A DNA stretch of 64,000 nt from Bacteroidia bacterium (GCA_046329055.1 JAXLVK010000014.1:5506-69505), one strand, 5' to 3'. Positions 1-10,225 are shown, counted from the stretch's first letter. Notes: generated by a model from the letters alone, not told the origin. Numbers and translations are program-made.

Positions 1-1
1 C

Positions 2-1489
2 GTCCAATCCCAGCTGATGCTGCACATGGATGGTCTGGAAAGCAGCTGGGAGGTGATGAATGCCCGTGCGCATGAGGTCAGCAAGGGCATCACCACGGCG
101 GCACCCGTCCTGCCTGCCGACGATCAGATGGGCCGCGAGCTGCGCACGACCATGGGCGACATCCGCATCGAGATGAGTCCCAAGGTCCGGGAATTCGTGC
201 AGCTCTTCACCCAACAGCGCCGGAGCACGACCGAGGCCATGCTGGGTGTGGCAGGCATTTACAGCCCAGTGATCGAGCGCCGCATGTCGGAGATGAACAT
301 GCCGCCGATCCTTTTCGCATTGCCGGCTGCGCTGTCCGCCTTCCACCTGCGGGCGGTTTCGGAGGATGGCTGTGCGGGGCTCTGGCAACTGAACCACTAT
401 GTCGCTGTGAAAAATGGCCTCATGTGCAATGCCACCGTGGACGAGCGCCGCGATCTCTACAAAAGCACCAAGGCCGCCATCGCGCACCTCGCGGATTTGT
501 ACAAACTCTACGGAGACTGGAGCCTCTCGCTCGTGGCCTATACCTGCAGCCCGGCGAGCATCGTGCGGGCGCGGCAGCGGGCAGGCATCCGGGCAGGGTT
601 CGAGCAGATGTACCCCTTCCTGCCGGAAAACAAGCGCGATTACGTCCCGGCATTTGCAGCGGCGGCCTACGTCATGACCCATACCAAGCAGCTGGGCCTG
701 AAGCCATTGCAGATGGAGGTGATGGCACTCCCCGACCGCATCCAACTTCAAGAGCCGCTCAAGTTCACCCACGTCGCGAACGCCCTCGGCATCCCGGAGG
801 ATCAGCTCCGCAACATGAACCCTGTCTGCCGCACGGAGGTCATCCCCGGCATCAACATGCCCGTGCAGCTCTGCCTACCCACGGGTTATGGTCAGCGGTT
901 CAACCTGCTCAAGGACTCCATCTACCAATTGCAAATGAAGATGGATGCCGAGACGATCAAGAAGATCGAGCCGAAACCGACGGCATCCAGCGCCGAGACG
1001 CCCGAGCATCCCAAGCCCGAACCCGTCAAGCCTCCGGCACCCAAGCCCTATGCCCCGCCGACGGGCACGGTCCCCCTGACCTATACCATCAAGTCCGGCG
1101 ACAATGTGGGCCTGATCGCGCAGTGGTACGCCATCCCCACCAAGAGCCTCAAGGAAATGAACAGCATGACCTCCGACCGCATCACGGCCGGGGACAAGCT
1201 CACCATCCACGTCCCCAAAGCTGACGCCGCCCGCCTCGGAAAGATCGAGACCATGACCTTCGAGCAGAAGCAGGCGATGGTCGGGGCGACCGTTCAACCC
1301 CAACCGATGCCCAAGGCCGCCCCTGCGAATGCAGGCTACACCTTGTACACGGTCAAGCAAGGCGACAACCTCTGGCTGATTTCCAAGAAATATCCGGGCG
1401 TGACGCCTGAGGCCATCATGAACCTGAACGGGGTGGGCACCAAGCTCCAACCCGGCATGCAGCTCAAAATCCCGAAAGTCCAAAAGTGA
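2..1489 (+). CDS. Lytic murein transglycosylase (MltD-like) with two C-terminal LysM domains; 5' end probably outside the window
   Basis: Frame is open to the left window edge. SLT-like core (GLWQLNHYVAVKNGL; LVAYTCSPASIVRA), a Pro-rich linker, then two LysM motifs (YTIKSGDNVGLIAQWY; YTVKQGDNLWLISKKY). Confidence 0.8.
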   Translation, partial: VQSQLMLHMDGLESSWEVMNARAHEVSKGITTAAPVLPADDQMGRELRTTMGDIRIEMSPKVREFVQLFTQQRRSTTEAMLGVAGIYSPVIERRMSEMNMPPILFALPAALSAFHLRAVSEDGCAGLWQLNHYVAVKNGLMCNATVDERRDLYKSTKAAIAHLADLYKLYGDWSLSLVAYTCSPASIVRARQRAGIRAGFEQMYPFLPENKRDYVPAFAAAAYVMTHTKQLGLKPLQMEVMALPDRIQLQEPLKFTHVANALGIPEDQLRNMNPVCRTEVIPGINMPVQLCLPTGYGQRFNLLKDSIYQLQMKMDAETIKKIEPKPTASSAETPEHPKPEPVKPPAPKPYAPPTGTVPLTYTIKSGDNVGLIAQWYAIPTKSLKEMNSMTSDRITAGDKLTIHVPKADAARLGKIETMTFEQKQAMVGATVQPQPMPKAAPANAGYTLYTVKQGDNLWLISKKYPGVTPEAIMNLNGVGTKLQPGMQLKIPKVQK

Positions 1490-3105
1490 GCACCCCGACA
1501 CAACATCCGTCCGTGGGTCCTGCCCACCCACATGCTGGCGCGACGCTGGACAAGCAGGCCGCGCAGCCTGGCGACCATGTCCCCGTTTCGCCTGGGCATC
1601 AGCCACCGCCCAGTGCCCCTCCAGGCAAGTCCATCCAGCCCTGGTACGTGCTGGGATATGTGATGAGCGTGATCGCGGTGCTAGGTGTGATTTCCCTGTT
1701 GGTTCCAGACAAGGGAATCCAAATACGCGCCTTTGGCCCGGTGCCAGCGATGACGCTCTACTTCCCGTCTTGGGATGATTTTTTCGCCCCGGACACGAAC
1801 CAGGCGAAGGACCTCGACGATATCCTCGCAGCGCTGAATGCCCCGGTGGATCCCAAGACGACCGCCTCCATGGACACCACCAAGGAGTTTGCCAAGTCCG
1901 CCAATCTCACACAGGCCCCGAACGTGATCCAATATCCGAACGGCGACCCGAGCGTGCTGTTTCCGGCATTTGAGGCATTCGAGAAAGCGGGACAAGGCAG
2001 CAAGCCCATCCGCGTCCTGCACTACGGCGACTCGCAGATTGAAGGTGACAGGATGAGCGGCCTCTTCCGTGCGAGGCTGCAGGAGCGCTTCGGTGGCGGC
2101 GGCCCCGGCTTGGTCGCGGCGAAGCCACTCACGAGCTCCATGAGTGTGGTGATGGATGCCTCCGAAAGCATGATGCGTTTCACGCAGTACGGCGTCCAAG
2201 ACCGATCCGTGAAGCACCGCCGCTACGGGGCCATGGCCATTTTCAGCAGATTTGCCCCGATCGTTCCGGACTCCGCCTACACAGAATCCGAGACCCATAC
2301 CGGCTGGGTCAGCATCTCGATCCAAGGCGGGGCCTACGGCCCGACCAAGAGCTACGACAAGCTCAAGATGTTCTACGGCCACAACCGCAGCGACGTGAAC
2401 GTCAAGGTGTTCCTGGACGACGTGCCCTATGCTGATGAGACCCTCCCTGCCAACAAATCCCTCCGCGTGCGGACTTGGCGGTTTGACAGGACTCCCCGCA
2501 AGATCATGATCATCATGGAGGGTTATGACAGCCCGGACATCTATGGCTTGAGCTTGGAGAAAGATGGGGGCATTGCCCTCGACAACATCTCGATGCGGGG
2601 CAGCTCCGGTACCACATTTGGCAGCCTGGAGACGGGCATCTTCAAGCCCATGCTGGACACGCTGAACCCCAAGCTGCTGCTGATGCAGTACGGCGGCAAC
2701 ACGGTGCCCTATATCAAGGACAAAAAATCTGCCGACAATTACGGCCGCAACTTCAAATCGCAGATCGAGTACCTCAAGGGCTTGGTGCCGGGTGCGGCGG
2801 TGATCGTGATCGGCCCGGGTGATATGAGCACCAAGGTCGAGGGCGAGATGCAGACCTACCCCAACCTGACCAATGTCCGGGATGCCTTGCGGCAGGCGGC
2901 ATTCGATGCGGGGGCGGGATTCTTCGACATCTATGAGGCCATGGGCGGTCACAACTCCATGATCCAATGGGTGGAGGCCAAACCCTCTCTGGCAGCAGCC
3001 GACTATGTCCACTTCTCCCCCAACGGCGCCAAGATCATCGCGGAGGCCTTCATCAAGTCCCTGATGGCAGACTACGAATCCTACCGCCAAGCCAAGATCA
3101 ATTGA
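1486..3105 (+). CDS. Membrane-anchored SGNH/GDSL-family hydrolase or acyltransferase
   Basis: GTG start overlaps the upstream stop (GTGA). Pro-rich N-terminus and one TM helix (WYVLGYVMSVIAVLGVISLLV). SGNH blocks: RVLHYGDSQIEGD, LLLMQYGGNT, DYVHFSPNGA (DxxH). Confidence 0.7.
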   Translation: MSTPTQHPSVGPAHPHAGATLDKQAAQPGDHVPVSPGHQPPPSAPPGKSIQPWYVLGYVMSVIAVLGVISLLVPDKGIQIRAFGPVPAMTLYFPSWDDFFAPDTNQAKDLDDILAALNAPVDPKTTASMDTTKEFAKSANLTQAPNVIQYPNGDPSVLFPAFEAFEKAGQGSKPIRVLHYGDSQIEGDRMSGLFRARLQERFGGGGPGLVAAKPLTSSMSVVMDASESMMRFTQYGVQDRSVKHRRYGAMAIFSRFAPIVPDSAYTESETHTGWVSISIQGGAYGPTKSYDKLKMFYGHNRSDVNVKVFLDDVPYADETLPANKSLRVRTWRFDRTPRKIMIIMEGYDSPDIYGLSLEKDGGIALDNISMRGSSGTTFGSLETGIFKPMLDTLNPKLLLMQYGGNTVPYIKDKKSADNYGRNFKSQIEYLKGLVPGAAVIVIGPGDMSTKVEGEMQTYPNLTNVRDALRQAAFDAGAGFFDIYEAMGGHNSMIQWVEAKPSLAAADYVHFSPNGAKIIAEAFIKSLMADYESYRQAKIN

Positions 3106-3149
3106 GGACAAGCGGGACATATCGTGGATGGGCTCGCGGCTTCGTGCTG

Positions 3150-4382
3150 ATGATGGCCTGCATGCTCGTGGTCGTATCGGCCCAAGCGCAGCAGGACTAT
3201 CCCTACGCCCTGAATGTCTATCCCTTCCTGCATCTGGACAAGAATCAATTGACCTTCCCCGGCGACCCAAACGCATTTGAGCCGCTGTTTGCGAAGATGG
3301 ACAAGGTCCTGTACGAGGGCAAGGGTCAGGTGCAGGTGGTCCACATCGGGGGGTCGCACTTGCAGGCGGACATGTGGAGCGACCGGATGCGGCAGCGCTT
3401 GCAGCATTTCTTCCCGGGAGTAGAGGCCACGCGGGGGCTGCTCTTCCCCTTCAACATGGCCCATACCAACAATCCCTACAACTACCACACGGAATACACG
3501 GGTAATTGGGAGAGCTGCCGCAACGTGCAGTGGAACAAGGCTTGCACCCTGGGCCTCACGGGCATCTCGGCGACCACGCATGACAGCCTTTGCCGGATCA
3601 AGGTCTTCTTCCGCGGGGCGGATTACCCGCAGTACGAGTTCAACCGGGTGCGGGTCTTCATGGACCTGGACAGCAGCAGCTACTCGGTCTCGGTGGTGAA
3701 TCCGGGGGTCACCTCGCAGGCTTCCACGGACTCAGCATTGGGCTACACGGCGTTTCAGTTGGGGGCATTTCAGACGAGCCTCGAACTGGAAATCCGGAAG
3801 ACTGCGCCCGGGCAGAACCATTTCACTTTCTACGGCATCAGCTTGGAGAGCGAGGATCCGGGATTCGTGTATTCGGCGATCGGGGTGAATGGGGCTGCGA
3901 CCAAGAGCTACCTGCGCTGCAACCTCTTCGAGCAGCATTTGCGGGCGGTCAAGCCGGACTTGGTGATCTTCTCCGTCGGGATCAATGACGCGAACACCTC
4001 GGAGTTCGACTCGCACATGTTTGAGCGGAACTACGATAGCCTGCTCACGCGGGTGCGGCGGGCGGTGCCTGGCAGCACCATCCTGTTCACCACCAACAAT
4101 GACACCTATTACCTCAAGAAATACCCCAACCGCAATGCTGAAAAGGTCCGAGTGAGCATGCTCAAGATCGCCAAGAAGCACAATGCGGCCGTATGGGACC
4201 TCTTCGAGATCATGGGGGGCTTGGGTTCGATCAAGGAATGGATTGCTGCCGGATTGGCGAATCAGGACAAGATCCACCTGCTCAAGCCGGGCTACGAACT
4301 CGTGGCGGACATGCTGTTCAATGCCCTGATGCAAGCCTACGACCAACACCTCGCCACGACATTCCAAACAACCCAGAAATAG
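3150..4382 (+). CDS. Secreted SGNH-family hydrolase or acyltransferase
   Basis: The track ORF starts at 2967, but a signal peptide (MMACMLVVVSAQAQ) begins at the ATG at 3150, after the upstream stop at 3105. SGNH-like blocks: VQVVHIGGSHLQADMW, VIFSVGINDA, DKIHLLKPGY. Confidence 0.7.
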   Translation: MMACMLVVVSAQAQQDYPYALNVYPFLHLDKNQLTFPGDPNAFEPLFAKMDKVLYEGKGQVQVVHIGGSHLQADMWSDRMRQRLQHFFPGVEATRGLLFPFNMAHTNNPYNYHTEYTGNWESCRNVQWNKACTLGLTGISATTHDSLCRIKVFFRGADYPQYEFNRVRVFMDLDSSSYSVSVVNPGVTSQASTDSALGYTAFQLGAFQTSLELEIRKTAPGQNHFTFYGISLESEDPGFVYSAIGVNGAATKSYLRCNLFEQHLRAVKPDLVIFSVGINDANTSEFDSHMFERNYDSLLTRVRRAVPGSTILFTTNNDTYYLKKYPNRNAEKVRVSMLKIAKKHNAAVWDLFEIMGGLGSIKEWIAAGLANQDKIHLLKPGYELVADMLFNALMQAYDQHLATTFQTTQK

Positions 4383-4394
4383 AGACCACGACCC

Positions 4395-6077
4395 TTGGAA
4401 CTCCTTCGATCCATATTCCTCGACTATCAGACGCCCCTGCTGTTCACGCAGTTCTTCTTTTGGGGCTTCTACGCGGTGGTCTTGGGAATCTTCACCCTCA
4501 TCCATCCCCATCGCCTGGCGCGGAACACTTTCCTCTTCATCGCCAGCATCTTCTTCTACTACAAGACGGGGAGCTTCTTCTTCGTGCTGCTGCTCAGCTC
4601 CACGCTCTTCGACTATTGCATGGGTTTCCTCATCTTCAATGCGAAGAAGAAACCCGTCAAGATCATGTGGTTGGTGACGGCGATCGTTTACAACCTGCTG
4701 GTATTGAGCTATTTCAAATACAGCTATTTCTTCACGGAATCCTTCAACGACCTCTTCGGCACCCATATCGAGTACCACAACTACTTCAATGAGTGGATGA
4801 ACGGCATGGCGGATTGGATGGGGATCAAGCTGGGCAAGACCTTCCCCATCGACAACCTGATCCCGCCTGTGGGGGTGAGTTTCTTCACCTTCCAGACCAT
4901 CAGCTATGCCATCGACGTCTATCGCGGCGACATCAAACCGGTGCGGAACATTCTGGATTTCGGATTTTTTGTGAGCTACTTCCCGCAGTTGGTCGCAGGG
5001 CCCATCGTGCGAGCGTCCGAGTTCATCCCGCAGATTTACCAGCCATACAGGGTGACGCAACGGGAGTTCGGGATCGCGATCATCTGGGTGCTGAAGGGCT
5101 TGATCAAGAAACTGGTGCTCGCGGACTTCATCGCCGTGAACTTCGTGGACCGCATCTTCGCGAACCCCGAGCTCTACACGGGTTTTGAAAACCTGATGGG
5201 GGTCTATGGTTACAGTATCCAAGTCTATGCGGACTTCTCGGGCTATACGGACATCGCGATTGGCATTTCGCTGCTGATGGGCTTCCGCCTCCCCGTTAAC
5301 TTCAACTCTCCCTACAAGGCTCGAAGTGTCGCGGAATTCTGGCGGAGGTGGCATATCTCGCTCTCTACTTGGTTGCGGGATTACCTCTACAAGCCGCTCG
5401 GCGGCAACAAGGGCAGCAGCTTCATGACCTGGGCCTTTTACTTCTCGTTGCCGCTGATCGCCTTGGGCATCTTTGGCCTGGCCTACCTGCCGTACATCAT
5501 CTTCGGGAGCGTTGCATTGCTGGTCATCTTCCTGTTCTTGGATTACCGCTTCCCTGAAACCCGGGCCGAGATGGCTGTGAGTGCAAACCTGCTCATCACC
5601 ATGCTGCTGGGTGGATTCTGGCATGGCGCGAGCTGGATGTTCATCATCTGGGCCGCGCTGAACGGGTCGGCATTGGTGATCTACAAATACTGGAAGCGCA
5701 TCAGCCCCTACGAGGGTCGCAAGGAATGGTATTGGGTGGTGTTCACAGTGTTTTTCACCTTCAGCTTCATCTCCTTCACCCGGATCTGGTTCCGCAGCCC
5801 CGACTTGGAGACCGCCAATGCCCTCATCCACAACATCTTCACCAACTTCGGCTTCGAGCATATCCCCGCCGTGGTGGACAATTACTTCAAGGTCTTCTAT
5901 GTGATGCACCTGGGCTTGGTGGTCCACTGGTTGCCGGATTGGATGAAGGACCGGGCTTACAATGCCTTCATCCGCCTGCACCTCGGCTTCAAGGTCGCCA
6001 TCACCGTCTCCGTGGTCTTCCTGGTCTATCAAGCGATCTCGAGCGAGCTGCAGCCCTTCATCTACTTCCAGTTCTAG
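4395..6077 (+). CDS. MBOAT-family membrane O-acyltransferase (AlgI/PatA/DltB-like)
   Basis: Polytopic 560-aa protein. Contains the MBOAT conserved-His region (EFWRRWHISLSTWLRDYLYKPLGGN; GGFWHGASWMF). Apparent TTG start. Confidence 0.85.
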   Translation: MELLRSIFLDYQTPLLFTQFFFWGFYAVVLGIFTLIHPHRLARNTFLFIASIFFYYKTGSFFFVLLLSSTLFDYCMGFLIFNAKKKPVKIMWLVTAIVYNLLVLSYFKYSYFFTESFNDLFGTHIEYHNYFNEWMNGMADWMGIKLGKTFPIDNLIPPVGVSFFTFQTISYAIDVYRGDIKPVRNILDFGFFVSYFPQLVAGPIVRASEFIPQIYQPYRVTQREFGIAIIWVLKGLIKKLVLADFIAVNFVDRIFANPELYTGFENLMGVYGYSIQVYADFSGYTDIAIGISLLMGFRLPVNFNSPYKARSVAEFWRRWHISLSTWLRDYLYKPLGGNKGSSFMTWAFYFSLPLIALGIFGLAYLPYIIFGSVALLVIFLFLDYRFPETRAEMAVSANLLITMLLGGFWHGASWMFIIWAALNGSALVIYKYWKRISPYEGRKEWYWVVFTVFFTFSFISFTRIWFRSPDLETANALIHNIFTNFGFEHIPAVVDNYFKVFYVMHLGLVVHWLPDWMKDRAYNAFIRLHLGFKVAITVSVVFLVYQAISSELQPFIYFQF

Positions 6078-6091
6078 GTTCCACTACCCCC

Positions 6092-6128
6092 AAAAACAAC
6101 ATGGCGGCAACTCGAAAGCCACCGCCAC
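6092..6128 (-). terminator. Possible rho-independent terminator downstream of the 6150-6947 gene
   Basis: On the minus strand, stem TGGCGG...CCGCCA is followed by TGTTGTTTTT. The loop is long, so this is weak. Confidence 0.3.
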
Positions 6129-6149
6129 GCTGGGTTTGCGACCCTACTG

Positions 6150-6947
6150 TCAATGCAGGGTGTAACTCTTGAGGGTGCGCGACCAGGTGAGCTGCCCGGT
6201 GTGTGCATGGAAGTCTGTGTCCAAGAATGCAGCATCTGCAAAGTTGACCACTCTTACCAATCCCACTCCCGGAGCCCAGTAGGCATTGCCGATGGCCTGG
6301 CACCCGAAGACGCCTGCAGGCGAGGTGACTGGGACGATGGTGGCATCCACGTGTACAGGGAATATGGGCAAGGAGTACTGCACTCCAATCTGGGACGTGG
6401 GCCCAAGGCCGGGGATGCATTGCGGCAGGTCCTGGAAGATGGGATATAGGCTGATGGCACTGGTGTCGTTGCTGGGCTCTACGAGGCCGGGATACATCGC
6501 CTCATTTTCAGTGTACAGCACGGGGACATTCGCTTCAAAGCCATTCCGAACCTCGTTGCATTGGTCATTGTTCAGCCCGAGCAACTGGTAGAAAGGCTGC
6601 GGGCCAAATACCTTGGCGGAATCCACGATGTAGGTGAACACCTTGTCGGGCACGTCAGAAGTCACGACTTCCCAAGCTTCGTAGCGCTGAATTTCGTGGT
6701 CACCCTGCCCAGTGTGGGTTTCGAGTGTGCGCTTTCTGCGGGTGACGCGGTAGCTGACCTCCCTCACGAGGGTATCGGAGCTAGGGAGGCTGGTAGTAGT
6801 GAAGAAGCTGTCCACGAAGACCCATTCGTTGCCGACGGCGAGTGGTAGCAGGGAGTGCGTCTGCGGAGCGACGTCCTCAACCTTTTTGCAGCCCATGGCC
6901 ATCCCGGCCAAGACTGCGATGACGGTGGCGATGCGGCGGGCTTTCAT
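6150..6947 (-). CDS. Hypothetical lipoprotein
   Basis: The internal ATG at 6947 gives a lipoprotein signal (MKARRIATVIAVLAGMAMGCKK). That ATG overlaps the upstream stop (ATGA). No recognisable catalytic motif. Confidence 0.6.
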   Translation of the reverse strand: MKARRIATVIAVLAGMAMGCKKVEDVAPQTHSLLPLAVGNEWVFVDSFFTTTSLPSSDTLVREVSYRVTRRKRTLETHTGQGDHEIQRYEAWEVVTSDVPDKVFTYIVDSAKVFGPQPFYQLLGLNNDQCNEVRNGFEANVPVLYTENEAMYPGLVEPSNDTSAISLYPIFQDLPQCIPGLGPTSQIGVQYSLPIFPVHVDATIVPVTSPAGVFGCQAIGNAYWAPGVGLVRVVNFADAAFLDTDFHAHTGQLTWSRTLKSYTLH

Positions 6948-7528
6948 AGGGATTCGAATTGTTTGAAGAGCCTGAAATGAACTGCAAGAGATCCTGCGGG
7001 ATTGAGGTAGCGGTAGGGATTGGCAGACAGATAAGTGTCCTCCGGCCCTACTTCGTGGATGTACTGTGCGCCCATCATGAATTGCACTGCCCACCGTTGC
7101 TTGGCGTAGATGGACAGACCTATGGTGAGCCCTGCACGGAACTCGTCGGAAAGCAGGCTACGACCGATCAGGGTCAGGTAGTAATTGCCGTTTTCGCGGG
7201 AAGCGAATGCCGAGGCGTCCAAGGTGAACTGCACGGGCCGCTTCCACTTGATGAGGGGCGAGTGGTGGGTGACAATCAAGCCCGGATTGAACACATACGG
7301 CAGCAGGTCCAGGGACCACCTGCGGTAGTGGACAGCCAAGGAGGGATAGAGGTGCATGGCATTCGCAGAGCCAGCCGCGATCCCTGCACCGACGTTCCAT
7401 TTGCGAAAGCGAAGCTTGGGGGTTTCCGACGTAGTCGTGGCTGATGCATCTGAGGTAGCGTCGGTCTGTGCCTGTGAAGGCAGGGAGAGCAGCAAGAAAA
7501 GCCCTGCCAGCAAGACCAGTATCCTCAT
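6944..7528 (-). CDS. Hypothetical secreted protein, possibly a small outer-membrane beta-barrel
   Basis: Signal peptide from the ATG at 7528 (MRILVLLAGLFLLLSLPSQAQ). Alternating aromatic/hydrophobic strands. Translationally coupled to the downstream lipoprotein gene. Confidence 0.55.
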   Translation of the reverse strand: MRILVLLAGLFLLLSLPSQAQTDATSDASATTTSETPKLRFRKWNVGAGIAAGSANAMHLYPSLAVHYRRWSLDLLPYVFNPGLIVTHHSPLIKWKRPVQFTLDASAFASRENGNYYLTLIGRSLLSDEFRAGLTIGLSIYAKQRWAVQFMMGAQYIHEVGPEDTYLSANPYRYLNPAGSLAVHFRLFKQFESL

Positions 7529-7706
7529 GCGGTGATGTACAGCCGGGGGCCGGATGATTTTCAACCGATTCATAAGAGCAGAATTTTAAGTGAGGTAGAG
7601 GTCTCTCTCGATGCTCCAAATATGTCGTCCCGATTTTGGGAAAAAGGTGTCAAAATCGGTGGATATCGGTGCAGTCTCTGGTGCACCATGCATCAGGCCA
7701 ACGGGG

Positions 7707-8291
7707 CTACAGCTCGAACTTCACATTCCTGTAAATTCCCCTCATGGGCACCTTGATGGCGATGGAATGCAGGGCCACAGTATCCTCAAGGCTTTGGTAG
7801 CTCGTGAAATACCATTCGTCCCCGGGCGAGCGGGTATAGACATCCACCTGCGGATGGCTCTGCTCGATGATGACGTACTCCTTGAGGCTGGGTATCGTCC
7901 AATATTTCAGTAGTTTGCCGCCGCGATCCCACTTCATGTTGCCGGGGGAGAGCACCTCGACGATGAGGGTCGGATTGGTGGCAATGTCCTTGCGGTCTGG
8001 CGTGGTTTCAATCTCTCCGCAAATCACAGAGGCATCTGGGAAAACGATCGAACCGTCTGACTCAATCTGAAAGCAGAGATCACCGTTGAAGGCGATGCAT
8101 TCTGTGCCTTCCAATGCGCCCCGGATTTCACTGCCGATATTGAGTCCAATCAGGCTATGGCTGGGAGAACCGCCCGCCATGTCGTAAATCTCACCGTTGA
8201 GGTATTCGGCCTTCCCCTGAATGGAGTCCAGATAGTCCAGGAACACCGACCTGCTCACCTTCTGCCGTTCATCTCGCGCCCATGGAATCAA
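7707..8291 (-). CDS. Uma2-family (DUF820) PD-(D/E)XK-type endonuclease
   Basis: Family-typical motifs: EYLNGEIYDMAGGSPSHSLI, PDASVICGE, NPTLIVEVLSPGN, DRGGKLLKYWTIPSLKEYVIIEQ. The region is visibly AT-richer than its flanks. Confidence 0.75.
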   Translation of the reverse strand: MIPWARDERQKVSRSVFLDYLDSIQGKAEYLNGEIYDMAGGSPSHSLIGLNIGSEIRGALEGTECIAFNGDLCFQIESDGSIVFPDASVICGEIETTPDRKDIATNPTLIVEVLSPGNMKWDRGGKLLKYWTIPSLKEYVIIEQSHPQVDVYTRSPGDEWYFTSYQSLEDTVALHSIAIKVPMRGIYRNVKFEL

Positions 8292-8372
8292 AGATAGAAA
8301 TCAGGCCATGGGAGTCAATAGCCTCTCCATCAACTGACTCGCCAAAGACTTGGTTTGCTAGGATTTACGGCC

Positions 8373-9317
8373 TCAGCCGCGCACCTCATTCACCGCCTTC
8401 ACCACATCCTTCACACCCAGACCGTACTTCTCGAGCAGCTGCTCGGGTTCGCCACTCTCGCCGAAAGTATCGTTCACGGCGACGTAGCGCTGCGGGGCAG
8501 GATGCTTCTCGGCCAAAACTTGCGCGACGGCATCGCCCAGGCCGCCATGGCGGTTGTGCTCCTCGGCGGTGACGACCCGACCGGTCTTCCGGACGGATTT
8601 CAGGATCGCCTCCTCGTCGAGGGGCTTGATGGTGTGCATGTTGATGACCTCGACGGAGACGCCTTGCTCCTTCAGCTCGGCAGCGGCTTGCAGCGCGATC
8701 CAGACCATGTGCCCACAAGCGATCACAGTCACGTCGGTGCCTTCCACCAGCACTTGCGCCTTGCCGATCTCAAATGTCGGATCCTCTGCGGGCGTGAAGA
8801 TGTCCCATTTCGGGCGACCAAAACGCAGATAAACCGGCCCCTTCAAGGCGGCGACAGCCAAGGTCGCGAGGCGCGTCTGATTGTAATCGCAGGGGACGAC
8901 CACGGTCATGCCGGGTAGCATCCGCATCATGCCCACGTCCTCCAGGCTTTGGTGGGTCGCCCCGTCCTCTCCCAGCGTCAGGCCCGCATGGCTTGCGCAG
9001 ACCTTCACATTCTTCTTGCTGTAGCAGACGCTCTGACGAATCTGGTCAAACACCCGCGCCGTGCTGAAATTGGCGAAGGTGCCCGTGAAGGGAATCTTCC
9101 CGCCAATGGTCAAGCCTGCGGCCATCCCGATCATGTTGGCCTCGGAAATGCCGCATTGGAAGAAGCGATCCGGGAACTCTGCCTCGAAGGCGTCCATCTT
9201 CAATGAACCCGTGAGGTCCGCGCAGAGCGCCACCACATCCGGGTTCGAGCGACCCAGCTCCAAGAGGCCCTGACCGAAGCCAGAACGGGTGTCTTTTTTG
9301 CCAGTAGAAACCAACAT
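8373..9317 (-). CDS. Transketolase, C-terminal (pyrimidine-binding) subunit
   Basis: [14 protein letters not shown]...[15 protein letters not shown]...[16 protein letters not shown]. The start was moved to the ATG at 9317 ([12 protein letters not shown]). Confidence 0.9.
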   Translation of the reverse strand: MLVSTGKKDTRSGFGQGLLELGRSNPDVVALCADLTGSLKMDAFEAEFPDRFFQCGISEANMIGMAAGLTIGGKIPFTGTFANFSTARVFDQIRQSVCYSKKNVKVCASHAGLTLGEDGATHQSLEDVGMMRMLPGMTVVVPCDYNQTRLATLAVAALKGPVYLRFGRPKWDIFTPAEDPTFEIGKAQVLVEGTDVTVIACGHMVWIALQAAAELKEQGVSVEVINMHTIKPLDEEAILKSVRKTGRVVTAEEHNRHGGLGDAVAQVLAEKHPAPQRYVAVNDTFGESGEPEQLLEKYGLGVKDVVKAVNEVRG

Positions 9318-9352
9318 TTTGAGTTGACAGTTGAAAGTTGAGAGTTGACAAA
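9318..9352 (-). repeat. TCAACT word repeat forming the leader directly 5' of the 9317 start codon
   Basis: The coding strand reads TTTGTCAACTCTCAACTTTCAACTGTCAACTCAAAATG. A related block precedes the DinB start at 59632. Confidence 0.6.
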
Positions 9353-9370
9353 GACCAGTGGGAAGGCGCG

Positions 9371-10225
9371 TCAATAATCCAAGAACCGGGTGACGGGCAG
9401 CTGCGCCATGGCGCGCTCAAACTGCGCGTCGTTGGGGGCCTTGCCATGCCATTCGTGGGTGCCCTGCATGAAGTCCACGCCGCGGCCCATGTCCGTGGTC
9501 ATGAGGATGCAGATGGGACGGCCACGGTAGGTCGCCCGACGGGCGTCCTCCAGCACGTTGAGCAGGCTCACGTAGTCGTGCCCGGACATGTCCAGCACCA
9601 GCCAGCCAAAGGCCTCGAACTTGCGGCGCATGTCCCCGAGGGCCATGACCTTGTTCACCGGGCCGTCGATCTGCTGACCGTTCCAGTCGATGGTGCAGAT
9701 GAGGTTGTCCACCTTCTTGGCAGCAGCATAGATCACCGCCTCCCAGATTTGGCCCTCTTGCAGCTCGCCGTCCCCGTGCAGGGTATAGACGATGTTCTTG
9801 TCGCCGTTCAGCTTCTTGGAGAGCGCCGCGCCGATGGCCACGGACATGCCCTGCCCGAGCGAACCCGATGCGATGCGCACGCCCGGCAAGCCTTCCTTGG
9901 TCGCAGGGTGACCCTGCAGGCGGGAATTGATCTTGCGGAAAGTGGCGAGCTCATCGACGGAGAAATAGCCGCTCCGCGCCAGAACGCTGTAGAAGACCGG
10001 AGAGATATGGCCATTGGACAGGAAGAAAAGATCCTGATCGCGGCCGTCCATGCTCCAGTTTTGGGGATCGTGGCGGAGGTGGTGGAAATACATCGCGATG
10101 AAAAACTCGGTGCATCCCAGCGACCCGCCCGGGTGTCCCGATTGCACGGCATGTACCATGCGCAGGATGTCGCGCCGCACTTGATCGGCCATTTCCTGCA
10201 TCTCGGGGATAGTGTTCAACCTCAT
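9371..10225 (-). CDS. Transketolase, N-terminal (thiamine-diphosphate-binding) subunit
   Basis: [14 protein letters not shown]...[10 protein letters not shown]...[15 protein letters not shown] are classic TPP-binding transketolase motifs. Lies adjacent to the C-terminal subunit gene. Confidence 0.9.
   Translation of the reverse strand: MRLNTIPEMQEMADQVRRDILRMVHAVQSGHPGGSLGCTEFFIAMYFHHLRHDPQNWSMDGRDQDLFFLSNGHISPVFYSVLARSGYFSVDELATFRKINSRLQGHPATKEGLPGVRIASGSLGQGMSVAIGAALSKKLNGDKNIVYTLHGDGELQEGQIWEAVIYAAAKKVDNLICTIDWNGQQIDGPVNKVMALGDMRRKFEAFGWLVLDMSGHDYVSLLNVLEDARRATYRGRPICILMTTDMGRGVDFMQGTHEWHGKAPNDAQFERAMAQLPVTRFLDY

Noticed and set aside
3732-6032. 766-aa minus-strand ORF
   Set aside because: It is antisense to the SGNH and MBOAT genes, both of which have clear family motifs. 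The sequence is Asp/Glu/His/Arg-rich and low-complexity.
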